From Eledone cirrhosa (Eukaryota): 64,000 nt of DNA. Positions 52,122-64,000 of this stretch are shown in pieces. The notes under the pieces were generated by a model. The model had not been told where the DNA came from. It saw only the letters and a list, made by a program, of their open reading frames with translations, and did not search any database. Location: the NCBI GenBank assembly GCA_964016885.1, contig OZ024742.1, positions 111,600,001 through 111,664,000 of the forward strand, in the 5' to 3' direction. Position 1 is the stretch's first letter, and each line of letters starts with the position of its first letter. The position numbers were made by a program, and so were the translations under genes.

Positions 52122-54377
52122 GCTATTCACCTCCAACCATCCAAAGCACGCGAAGACGAACACTCCTTTTAACCTAGCAAGAAGAATTTGCACAATTGTC
52201 TCCAATTATGAAACGCGAAATAAAAGACTTCAAGAATTAAAATAAATTCTACGCGAAAGACAGTACCCACCATTACTAATAAATAATGGAATAGGAAGGG
52301 CATTAGGCATTGAAGAATTACGAAAACAGAAACAAATTCAAGGTACGTCCAATATTCTATCATATATCTCAACACACAACCCAAGAAATGAGGAAGCTTA
52401 CAAACTATTCACAAGAACATCCCACTAATGAAACAAGATCCAAGAATGAAAAAAAGCTCTTGAAACACACAAAATAATCAAAAGCAAAAGACAACCGAAA
52501 TCACTGAAAACATTACACACCAATGCCAAATTACCTACCACAAACCCACAACCAACTGTCAAAAAATGTGGTCGCTCTAATTGTGGAACCTGCACTCACC
52601 TCTTTGAAGGCAACACGTATACATTTAAATCAGGACAAAATTTTGCTGTAAAAAATCACTTCACTTGCTCATCAAAAAATCTACTTTATGCCATTAAATG
52701 TAAAGAATGCAATGAAGATTATATAGGACAAACTAAACTCACACTCAGAAACAGAATGACAGTTTATCGCCAACAATTACGAGATCCAACCACGAGACAG
52801 ATATCACTAAGCGCACATCTAGACATATGCGCAAGTAATAAGACACCCAAATTCCAAGTCTTCCCATTTTACCTTTGCGCAGAACAAATACGAATAAATA
52901 AGGAAAATATGTTTATTCAAAAATATAGACCAGCTTTAAATATGGTTTAATATACATTATGTCAACACTATAACATGCTAAACATCCAAACAGACACATA
53001 CACACACACATAACACCTTCTACTTTAGAAAATAAAAGTCCGAACTAAATAAACCTTAACATACGTTTGCGCTGACAATACAATATAACAAATAGGATAA
53101 GGAAGGAAAATATGTTCATTCTAAAATATTCCTACTAACGGAATCATTTTCCTACACACACCCACACACACACAATATATATATATTCTCTTCATCTTAA
53201 CATGCTAACCATACTCCCCCACACACAGGACACACACGACACCCACATAGCACCCCCCCCCCTACACATACACACATAACACCTCCAATATACATACACA
53301 CATCCAACAACTCCCTCCCTAATTTCTACTAATAGAATCATCTTCCTATACACACATACTCACACACGCGCGCACACACACACAAGCACACAAACAAACA
53401 TACATATCTTAACTTTCTTTATTTCAATAGAAAATCTGAATTCTGACACCCCAGCGAACCAACCATATTCACTGAACCAGAACAATTCTCCCATCCCATT
53501 TCTCTTGACCATTATCTTTTGCTTGTCATAAAATTCTCTAAAAGGCTACAATATAAATTCCCAAATACGGGTGCGAATTTAATCAACTTGTTCACGTGAC
53601 AGTCATAATTTCATTTATAACCAATCAAATTATATTTATTAATAAAAAGCCTTCGTGAGCCACTTTTTTTAAAGTAAAAAGAAATTCAAACAAACTTACG
53701 CGAAAGCTGATATACTTATTCACATGAATAACCAATCAAACTTCACTCATATATGAAAAAACAACCTGCTATATTCACTGAACCAGAACAATTCTCCCAT
53801 CCCATTTCTCTTGACCCTTATTTTTTGTTTGTCATAAAATTCTCTAAAATGCTACAAAATAAATTCCCAAATACGGGCGTGAAATTTAATGAACTTGTTC
53901 ACGTGAGAACTTTAATTTCATTTATAACCAATCAAATTTATTTTAAAATAGCCTTCGTGAGCCCCTTTTTTTAAGTAAAAAGAAATTCAAACACTCATAT
54001 ATGAAAAAAACAACCTGAGACCCCCCCCCCTTGTTTGAAGAACTTTGTAACGCGAACTGGCGCGAAATTTATTATATTTATTGACCAACCAATCAAATTA
54101 CTTCTCTAAAAACCTGGCGTTTCCAGCCACTTTTTTTCCATATAAAACAAGTAACATTCAAAGACCAACCAGATGTAAGAAAAACCACAGACCCTCCACC
54201 TCAACTCTACTTTTGAAAAGCAGAAGAACTGCGAAACTGGTAAAGGAACCATATAACTATATATATATTTTTTTAAATAAGACGCCAGTTGCATTTTCGA
54301 TTTCATCTTTTTTACTTTATACTTTCACTCGTGTAGGACACCTCGGTTATTTTTTCATTTTGTAAAAAAAACCTCAC

Positions 54378-54382
<5 letters not shown>
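52115..54382 (+). mobile_element. 5'-truncated PLE (RT thumb + GIY-YIG) with long 3' terminal repeat
   Basis: YLLFTSNHPKHAKTNTPFNLARRICTIV, CGRSNCGTC, FTCSSKNLLYAIKCKEC..YIGQT, KYRPALN*. Internal tandem duplication ~53460-53690/53770-53990. Degenerate hammerhead at 54210-54245. Flanked by (TA)n. Confidence 0.9.
54210..54245 (+). ncRNA. Degenerate hammerhead motif
   Basis: ctt TTGAAAA gcag-aagaa-ctgc GAAA ctgg TA aag. Stems are intact, but the core has two changes from CTGANGA. Confidence 0.5.
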
Positions 54383-54417
<35 letters not shown>

Positions 54418-54442
54418 CATATATGTATATATATATATATAT

Positions 54443-57118
54443 ATGACGACTGTATCGGAGCCACGACCCTCACACGAGAACAGCTCGACTCCTTTCTCTC
54501 CTTCTTCTGCTCCTTCCACCCCTCCCTCCACTTCACCATCTCTATCTCCACCACCCACGTCCACTTCTTAGACATCTCCGTCGCCTTCGACCCCTCCCAC
54601 CACTCCCTCGTCACCTCCGCCTTCTTCAAACCCACCGACTCCCACTCTTACCTCGACTTCACCTCTTCCCACCCCACCCACACTAAACACTCCATTCCCT
54701 ACTCCCAACTCCTCAGGATCCGCCGCCTCTGTAGCCGAGATGCTGACTTCGAGACCCAGGCCCTTTCCGTAGTCAGCCATTTCATCCGCAGAGGTCCCCC
54801 CCTCTCGTCCACACCGCTCTCACCCGCGCCCGTGCTGTCCACCGCTCCACCACCCTCACCCCCCGCCACCGCACACCCACTCACCATCTCCCCTTCCCCA
54901 TCACCTACCACCCCTCCACCTTACCCCTCCACCGCACCATCCGCCGCCTCTTCCGACGCCTCCAGTCCGACCCCTCCACCTCCCACATCTTCCCAACCCC
55001 ACCACTTCCCTCCTTCAAACGCGCACGCAATCTCCGCACCCTCCTCGTCCACAGCTCCCTACCCACCAACCCACGCTCTGTTTCACCCCCGGTTCCTTTT
55101 CCTGTTCTAGGCCCCGCTGCAACACCTGTCCCCACATCACCAACACCACCACCTTCCAGGGTCCCAACGGCCACTCTCTCTCTGTCCGGCATGCCTTCCG
55201 CTGCACCTCCTCCAAGCTAGTCTACGGACTTCGCTGCACGGTGTGCAGCGCGACTTATGTCGGACAGACGGGACGTCGCCTGGCGGACCGAATCACTGAG
55301 CACCACCGGGATATTCGTCTCGGTGGTAGTTCCCCCATCGCCCGCCATTTTGGTGGCCCTGGACATTCCGCACGCCATCTCAGTCTGTGGCCTACTCCAA
55401 TGCCACGGAACACCCGCCAATCGCCTTAGAGTTGAACAAAGAACTATCTTCCTCTTACAGACCCACACTCCCCCCGGCCTGAACTCCCCACCCTTATTCC
55501 TTTAGCCTTTGACCCCCCCCCCCCACACACACACACTTATCCCCCACTAACACCACTAACACACCCCTACTTTTCACCGCCCTACCCACAACTAACAATA
55601 CTAACACCTCCACTCCACCCCTCATCCGACCACTCTTCCCCAACTAACATACTAACATCCCTCCCTTCTTCTCCCCCCTTATCACACGCACACACCCACC
55701 GGCACATATATACACGCGCTCACACTAAACACACACCCTTCTACCACCACTAACCCTCACCCCCACACCTCCATCCCACCACCCCGCAACTAACCTCACT
55801 AACACCCCCTGACCCCAAGCACACGAACACACGCACCCACTTACACCACCCACCCCACACGCAACTAACATCACTAACACCCCCAACTCCACGCACACGT
55901 ACCCACACACCCTCGTACACCACCAACTCTACACACCCTACCACCACTAACCCCCACTCACACCTGCATTCAACCTTTTCCCCACCTCCCGTATACTAAC
56001 ACCCACTAACACCCCTTCATCAAACTACACACACACCAGTACACCACACTCCCTCCATAGAACTACATACACCCATTCTATACCCGCTCCACCCACACCC
56101 TCGCTCCACACTCACTCATCCCACTAACACCCCTACTAATACACACACACACCCTCCTCACTCCAACTTTCACACCTACCCATCCTCGCCCCTTTACCAT
56201 TTCACCCGACTGCTGCTATGCCCTCTGACCACCTCCCAGCACAAACAGACACACAGCAATCCCACCGCTTGACCACTTCCTGTTGCGCGCTCACCCCACA
56301 TCTCTGCTCTTCCGACCATCTCTTCATGGAATACTCGTATGTGGAACTTGACCACCACGGAATCTACTAAACATCATAGGAATTTACCAACATTTCAACC
56401 ATCCTCTTACGGAATCACCTATATAACTCACCCACACACACACCCAAAACATTTTTTTCTCCCACACGCCACCTACACCCACAACACGCTTAAACCCCAC
56501 ACACACGTGCTTTCCACCACATATATACACCCTCAGCCTCCTGATTCCTCTCCCCCACCCCTCTATCCACACACGCACAAATACTCCGACCTACAACTCC
56601 CCCACACACACCTTTTCCTGAACATGCAACCCCGTTTTTCCCCCAACCCTTACTTTCATATACACACACACACACACACACGTACACCTACACACACGTA
56701 CACCTACACACACACACCACCTTCAGCCCTCCCCGCTCGGACACCTCGTCTCCCTCTCCCCAATCCACCGGCCACCACCCCTACACACCCACACCCTTTC
56801 AACACCTGTTTTACCCCTTTTTAATTTCAGTTTATTTTGATCATGCTTTTATATTTATTTTTATTTCATTCCTTTTATTTTGATCATGCTTTATTTTTAT
56901 TTTTATGTTTAATTTCATTCGCACCGTTTCCTTTCGCTATACGTCTCTCCACCACTCCCCTACACACCCTTTGAACTCTGTTCCCACACACTTCTCACCT
57001 GAGGAAGGGGTTATGCCCGAAACGTCGTTCCCTACCACCACCCCACTCTCCAGAGCGTGAAATTAATAAACATTCGTTGTACTGCCTCTCTGTTTTGTTC
57101 CTGTTCAAATTTTTCCAT
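54443..57118 (+). mobile_element. 5'-truncated C-rich PLE with 1.6-kb 3' region
   Basis: DDCIGA..FHPSLHFT..FLDISV..KPTDSHSYLDFTSSHP..SIPYSQLLRIRRLCS, C.RPRCNTC, LVYGLRCTVC..YVGQTGRRLADRITEH, PPGLN. Hammerhead near the 3' end, AATAAA at 57065, flanked by (TA)n. Confidence 0.92.
56997..57029 (+). ncRNA. PLE-type minimal hammerhead ribozyme
   Basis: ac CTGAGGA a-ggg-gttatg-ccc GAAA cg TC gt. Confidence 0.75.
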
Positions 57119-57127
57119 TATATATAT

Positions 57128-57161
<34 letters not shown>

Positions 57162-57337
57162 TATACATATATATACATATATATATATATATATATTATA
57201 CATATATATATATATATATATATAAATATATATATATACATATGTAGATATATTATACATACATACATATAAATATATATATATATATTATACATATATA
57301 TATATATATATAGATATAAATATATATATATTATATA

Positions 57338-57390
<53 letters not shown>

Positions 57391-57396
57391 TATTAT

Positions 57397-57440
<44 letters not shown>

Positions 57441-57444
<4 letters not shown>

Positions 57445-57588
57445 AAAAGAATGAAACGAAATTTCATTTCTCACTCTTAGTACGGCTGATACCTAAATAT
57501 AAGTATGTATACGTACATACATATATTTATACGGACGCACAGTAGTATGTATATATATACATACATGCACACACACACACACACACAC

Positions 57589-57626
<38 letters not shown>

Positions 57627-57980
57627 GTATGGGTTTACCGAACATTTATTATAATGTTCGGTTTGTTTGTAAACAAACAGCCTGAATACGCCGTACAGTG
57701 TTCAGGCAATCATCGTCGCCCATTTTTTAAACACTGACACAGGAACAATGTACTAGTTTCAAGCTTCTTAGCTATCGTCAGCATCGTATACCTTTCTGTT
57801 AGATGGTTGAACGTCTGAAAGTGTATACTTTCCTTATGCATATTGACGGCTGAGCAGCCTAATTTGCATATCGAGTGAGTTAGTCGGCCTGGCATACAGA
57901 AAACGATAAATGGAAAAGAATGAAACGGAATTTCATTTCTCACTCTTAGTACGTCTGATACCTAAATATAAGTATGTATA
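57441..57980 (-). mobile_element. ~470-bp hammerhead repeat family, copy 4 (complete unit + ~70-bp redundancy)
   Basis: Direct repeats 57441-57510/57910-57980. Hammerhead 57745-57787 (RC acgatg CTGACGA tagctaagaagctt GAAA ctag TA cattgt). Octamer at 57862-57869. Confidence 0.85.
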
Positions 57981-58039
57981 TGTGTGTATACATATATGTA
58001 TATAAGGATGTATACGTATATATGTCTGCGTGTATTTAT

Positions 58040-58510
58040 ATACATACTACTGTGCGTCCGTTACACATATATGCATGTACGTATACATACTTATATTTAA
58101 GTACCAGCCGTACTAAGAGTGAGACATGAAATTTCGTTTCATTCTTTTCCATTTATCGTTTTCGGTATGCCCGGCCGACTAACTCACTCGATATGCAAAT
58201 TAGGCTGCTCAGCCATTAATATGCATAAGGAAAGTGTACACCTTTAGACGTTCACTCATCTGACAGAAAGGTATACGATGTCGATGATAGCTAATACGCT
58301 TGAAACTAGTACATCGTTTCTGAGTCAGTGTTGAACAAAAGGGCGACGATGGTTGCCTGAGCACTGTACGGCGCAATTCGGGCTGTTTGTTTAGAAACAA
58401 ACCGAACATTATAATAAATGTTCTGTAAACCGATACGTACATATATATATGTGTGCATGTATGTATATATATACATATTACTGTGCGTCCGTACACATAT
58501 ATGTATGTAC
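58040..58510 (+). mobile_element. ~470-bp hammerhead repeat family, copy 5 (inverted relative to copy 4)
   Basis: Octamer at 58193-58200. Hammerhead at 58275-58317 has a mutated core (TCGATGA) but perfect stem I acgatg/catcgt. Confidence 0.85.
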
Positions 58511-58597
<87 letters not shown>

Positions 58598-58641
58598 CTA
58601 TCTATCTATCTATCTATCTATAGATCTATCCATTTCTCTCT

Positions 58642-58749
<108 letters not shown>

Positions 58750-58899
58750 CAGCTCGTCCCTCAGAGGCCACTGGTTCACTGCCCTTAAACAGCTGTGACT
58801 TCTCTCTACCACGTGTAGCTGGACAGTCATTTTAAAATTATCTTAGTGTTGTCTGAAATGTATAGCCTTACACATGCTGAAGAATCGAGGTTATTCCAT

Positions 58900-60750
58900 T
58901 TCTGTCAACAAATGACTTGGATTTGTACGTGTGTTATATAGTTATAGAGGTATTTATTTTCGCTTTAATTTATATTTTTAATTATCGTGCCTATAATCTG
59001 CCTTTCATAGGTTATAGATTCCATACACTGGTGGTTTTTGCCTGTTTTATTGATAGCGCACTGTATCTATCTCTACCTTTTCAACATATTGTATTTTAAA
59101 GAGCTCAGGATTTACTCTCCCTTGAGCACATTTTTTACAGGGAATGGCGAGAGTCTATGGCTCCGTTAATTTATCGTGTATATATATATAAACAGGGAGA
59201 AAGAGATGATCATGAGGAGGAAAATATATTTTTTTCCTTTTTTTTTTCTTTCTCTCTTTTTTCTGGGTTAGAAAATGATTAAAACGGAATGTTTTGCTTT
59301 GTGTGAAGTGTTATTTATTATTTAACAATGGCATTTATTTATCTATTTATATATTTAATTATTGTCTATTACCGGTTTCAACATTTATATGCATTATCAA
59401 ATGATAGTGAAATGTATTATTGTGGTGTCGCATATGTTAAACAGAAGGTGCAGAAAGAATAATGTTATTTACAAACAAGGTTTAAGAAGTGAAAAGAAAA
59501 AAGAAAAATGAAAAAAAACGTGCATAATGTGGAACGTAAAAAGTCAATGTGGAAGAAAAAATAATGTTATTTACAAGCACAGTCATTGAAGTTAAGCAGT
59601 TCAAAATGTGTTAATATAGCAACAGTGCTTAGTTGAACCATGGTTCCGTGAAGGAGCAAATGGTGGACTGAGGTTTGATATGATTTCCCTTTTTAGAGAG
59701 TTAATATGCATAGGGAAGCAATTCTTGCTGGGTGATATTTAATTTATTTAAGAAAAAGGATTAGGTATGGTGTGAGGGAGGTCACTCTTGTAAATGTTTG
59801 ATGGTTTGTAGTAGATTTAGACTGGTCCGATTTTTAGAGCATTGAGTAGTGTTTGAAATTTATTAATGAAATGTGTTTCCCTATTGGTACGTTGGATGAA
59901 AATAGCGTTGTCTATGAATTTGTAAATGGGGAAAATTTTAAAGTTTGGATGTTGGTTGACAGCACAATTGGCGATATGTTCACTAAATGCAATCTTTCTG
60001 TATTACTGTATTTTAATTTGTAATTTATGGACGGTCATACATTGACGGAGGCTGTTTTTTATCTGTCCTATGTAATGCTCTTGACAACCTGAGCATGTCA
60101 AAACATAGACAAGGTTTTCAGATGCACATGTAAAGTTGTGTATAACTGTGAAACGTTGTCCTTGTTTAAAATTGTATGTTGAACCTTCTATTATATTTAT
60201 GCATATGACACTGTTTGGCCTTCCGCATTTTGTTACTGTAGGGTTCATTGTGAGGGTTTGTCGGATTTTGGCGTGTGTGTGGATGTTTTTTATGGATTTG
60301 GGTTGTCTTTTGCTCTTTGTGATTTTGTGTGTTTGGAGGATATTGTTCATTCTTGGGTCTCTTTTTAGTAAAGGAATGTTCTGGAGGATGGTGTCGAATG
60401 CCTCATTGTTGAGGGGGGGGGGTTGTGTGTGGAGATCTATGGTAGAGTTTTTTGTTGCAGTTCATTCCTGGGTTTGCGGTGTCTCCATAAGGGCTACTGC
60501 ACTCCCTTTATCTGCCTCTTTGATTGTTAGGGTTTTGTCGTGTTTTAGACTGTTAAGACCATTCAATTCTTTTTTGCTTAGGTTTGGTTTTTGTTTATGT
60601 CTGTGTAGGTGGTGGTATGGGTAATTGGTAATGGGTTCGCAGAATTGATCGAGGAATTTATTCTTGATTTTGGTGGGGTTTAGTTGCTTCTATGTTTGGC
60701 TATTGAGTCATCCTCATTGTATTTGTCGTATAGTTGTTCGCTGAGTCTTA
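58900..60750 (-). mobile_element. Degenerate PLE 3' fragment related to 52115-54382
   Basis: ORF 60003-60350: KCGRPNSVIC..FTCASENLVYVLTCSGCQEHYIGQIKNSLRQCMTVH. The 3' UTR boundary is approximate. Confidence 0.8.
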
Positions 60751-60774
60751 GTTATATATATATATAATAATAAT

Positions 60775-61006
60775 AATTGTTTCTACGTTTGCACAAGGCC
60801 AGCAATTATCCAGTGCATTACAGGTACTTTATTTTATCGAGCCCGTAATGAGGAAAGGCAAAGTTAACCTCGGCGGGATTTGAACTCAGAAGGGCAAGGG
60901 CCGTAACTCTATGCAAATATACTTTCTAGTTTTGGCACAATGCTAGCGATTACCTCAGTGCACCACTGGTACTTTATTTTATCGACCTCGTAAGGATGAC
61001 GGGCAA
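60775..61006 (-). mobile_element. Two tandem SINE fragments
   Basis: gcacaaggccagcaatt...ggtactttattttatcga..cgtaa occurs twice, with cctcggcgggatttgaactcaga in the first. Confidence 0.8.
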
Positions 61007-61479
61007 GTAATCATATTAGTAAATGTGAAGACTAAAATCCGAAGAGGGCGCGATAAGGATGATAAATATATATCAAATATATCAAAACCATAGAGCAAAT
61101 ATTTATTAAAATAACCGATTAAATGTAAGCAAAGAATCGCTGATTTCACCCGTATATATATATATATACAAATATAAATTACCGAGAATCGTATTTCGGC
61201 TTTGGAAATTAGCGAAAAACAACTTCCGAGATGTGTGGCAAGCGCTCAATAATTTTAACGAACCAGAGCTAGAACCTTAAAAGGCCAAACACACTGAGAC
61301 AATGGTTAAACCATTATCCGCACAGCCATTCGGGTCAAATAAATAAAAAAATATGATTGAAAATTTACACGGACCCCTGGATGGTTGGTAAAAATCCAGC
61401 ATTTGGCTTCTGCGACTCCTAAATCAAGAACTGTCCGCTTAGACAAATAATGTTAGGCTTCTGGTAAGATGATTGAACA

Positions 61480-61509
<30 letters not shown>

Positions 61510-61517
<8 letters not shown>

Positions 61518-63314
61518 TTAGGGTCTTTGGTTCATCACTGGATAGAATTGGTCATTCCGTATGGTCAATCTTGATGTAATATTATGGAGAGTACTCAACG
61601 TAGTGCAGTTCACCCGTCTTCGTTTGTGTAGTTGGTGGTGCTAATACGGAGTTAATTATTATAAATAAAATAACAGGAGGCTGGACTGGTGTAAATCCTT
61701 GAAAAGTTTATTATACTATGATCATTTCAATGATTGACCATACGGAATGACCAATTCTATCCAGTGGTGAACCAACAAACCTAAATAAATAATGCTCCAA
61801 TAATGTTGAGCACTTCCAGATGTAATATTGAACAGCGCCACTGACTTCAGTGTACAGCTATTGCCAGCATGGGATTAACTGATCTACTTTCCATTCGGAT
61901 TTTGGCTGCTCTGTCCTTTGTCAACTGCCCACCCTATCCAATGTTGCTTCCTTGTCGGGAATATTCGGATTTAGACAAAACTCTACGTATTATACTTAAG
62001 CATGTATTGTATTGACTGAATTCTCTACTCTATACCTCAGGACTTTTTTGTGACTCACACTGAATTCGGAGCCCCGAACTTTACACTAGGTACCACCTGC
62101 TACCATTCCATCTCTTCCATCCTCTATATCTATATGTACAACTTTGTTTTATCTTACTGCAACTTGATCTATTTTGTATTTCCCCTTTGCTTTGATTCCT
62201 CCGATATATTCTTATATATTTCCGCCTTACTACATCACTACCCTAACTATGACGGCGTTTTATTTATGTATTTTACTTTTTACTTTTTACCTTATTAATG
62301 TATTTTTATTAATGTATTTTTTATATATTTTTTATTATTTTATTTTTTATCTTTCTATTTTTATATTTGTATCCTGCTTTTATTTATTTGGAATTTTCTG
62401 CTTATTATTCCTTACTCAGGTTATTATGCACCATTCATAGCTCCCTACCCACCAAAGAACCACACTACTTATAACCCGGAATAACTGGGACTTAAAAATA
62501 ATTATAGTCTATTGGCACTTTTCATTGGGTTTTACCACTTTCAACTGATGTGGTGGATCTCCCGGCTGTGCACAGGACGCTCGGAAAGTCCAGCCTTCCT
62601 TGAGTGCTTGGAAAAATAAATTTTCCCCTCTTTCGGTAAACGAAACTACTCGGAGCGGATCGATATGCCCCGGGGCCGGCCGCACCGCCTGTTTTGACCG
62701 CCACATTAGATTCATACCTATAAATTCTAGGCTTAGGCATAACTGTTGGCTGTATCATGCCTCCCTGTGCTGGCACGTAAATAAACCCCTCCTGTGTGAA
62801 TTAATAGTATTCGTTTGGTATAGACGATGGCCTGTAGAAGCTGGTTGACTTCCCGCTAGCACACTCGGGGCCTATCACAGTTACGTTCCTAGAGTACTCG
62901 GAAAAAATAATTTCCATTTATTTCGCTAGACGATACCACTCGAAACTGGCTGACACGTGGTTAGGAGGTGCTGGCTAGGATTTACAATCGAAGGCTTTTA
63001 TCTTTACTCTATATCCCACCTTGATAACTTATCGAGATTCCCTATAATACACTTAAACTTTTCATATATGACTCTCTCGGTAATTTCATTGAATAAATCT
63101 CGCAACACAAACCTTTAATTTTCTATTAATTTTCTAATAATTTTATTTCATCCCATAACTCTTAACATAAATTAACGTTCCAATTTTCTGTTCACACATT
63201 AGACCATACAGACACCTATATATATGCCTTTGTTAAAATATAGGTTCTTTAGAATAACATTTTTCGCAGCGTCTTCTAGCATGGCTGTAGTGTGACCCTT
63301 ACGCTGACTTTTCT

Positions 63315-63363
<49 letters not shown>

Positions 63364-63666
63364 TCTTTTTTTATTCTTGACGGAGGTGGTAGTACATTAT
63401 AAGCCTTCGCCCCCTCACCAGATGGTCATTAGTAGACCGAGTTGCCATCACTTAACGGCGACTGACCGAGTGAAAGCAGCTAATTGGTCAGTCGTCTTCT
63501 CTGTCTCTGATTTGGTCCCATGGATTTTATATATTCTTTTGTTATATTTCGAATACCTGATGATAATACCGGATTCATACGGAACACGGTCACTGAAATG
63601 ATCATAGTATAATAAACTTTTCAAGGATTTACACCAGTCTAGCCTCCTGTTATTTTATTTATAATT
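61510..63666 (+). mobile_element. Probable PLE 3' terminal region with inverted end copy
   Basis: 63592-63665 is the reverse complement of 61657-61732, and a further copy lies at 35485-35553. Inner inverted repeat 61512-61570/61732-61791. Possible ORF end QHGIN* at ~61880. Hammerhead + AATAAA at the 3' end. Confidence 0.6.
63553..63610 (+). ncRNA. Hammerhead ribozyme
   Basis: atac CTGATGA taat-accg...cggt-cact GAAA tgatca TA gtat, then AATAAA. Palindromic stem III. Confidence 0.7.
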
Positions 63667-63813
63667 ATATATATATATATATATTCTTATACTAGGAGAG
63701 GGTCATAGTGTTGTAATAATATTGCAAGAAAATAATAACAATGATCATCATCATTTTACTCCGCTTTTCTCTGCTTGCAAGGGTGGGACAATATATATAT
63801 ATATATATATATA

Positions 63814-63930
<117 letters not shown>

Positions 63931-64000
63931 GTATATGTATGTATATGTATGCGTTGGCGCATACTTATGCAGAGGCTTAAATCTTTAATGATCTCATGTT

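Overview
AT-rich, microsatellite-dense eukaryotic intronic/intergenic DNA. The SINE family and repeat landscape suggest an octopod cephalopod, which is an inference. It has no prokaryotic features, rRNA/tRNA genes or CRISPR arrays, and no confidently identifiable host exon. The window is mostly mobile DNA: about 8 Penelope-like (PLE; RT + GIY-YIG) copies, one with an intact 589-aa ORF, plus a Tx1/L1-type LINE, an R4/Dong element, a CRE-clade element, RTE fragments, mariner/Tc1 remnants, MITEs, a Helitron-like element and tRNA-derived SINEs. The most striking hidden signal is non-coding. At least 10 hammerhead-ribozyme motifs can be read by eye. Four of them lie in a ~470-bp non-coding, terminally redundant repeat family (5 copies) that also carries an ATGCAAAT octamer at a fixed distance, making it a candidate retrozyme/circRNA family. 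Long inverted repeats (fold-back structures) are also unusually frequent. Most short ORFs in the ORF track are microsatellite or antisense artefacts. All coordinates were read by eye and may be off by a few bases.
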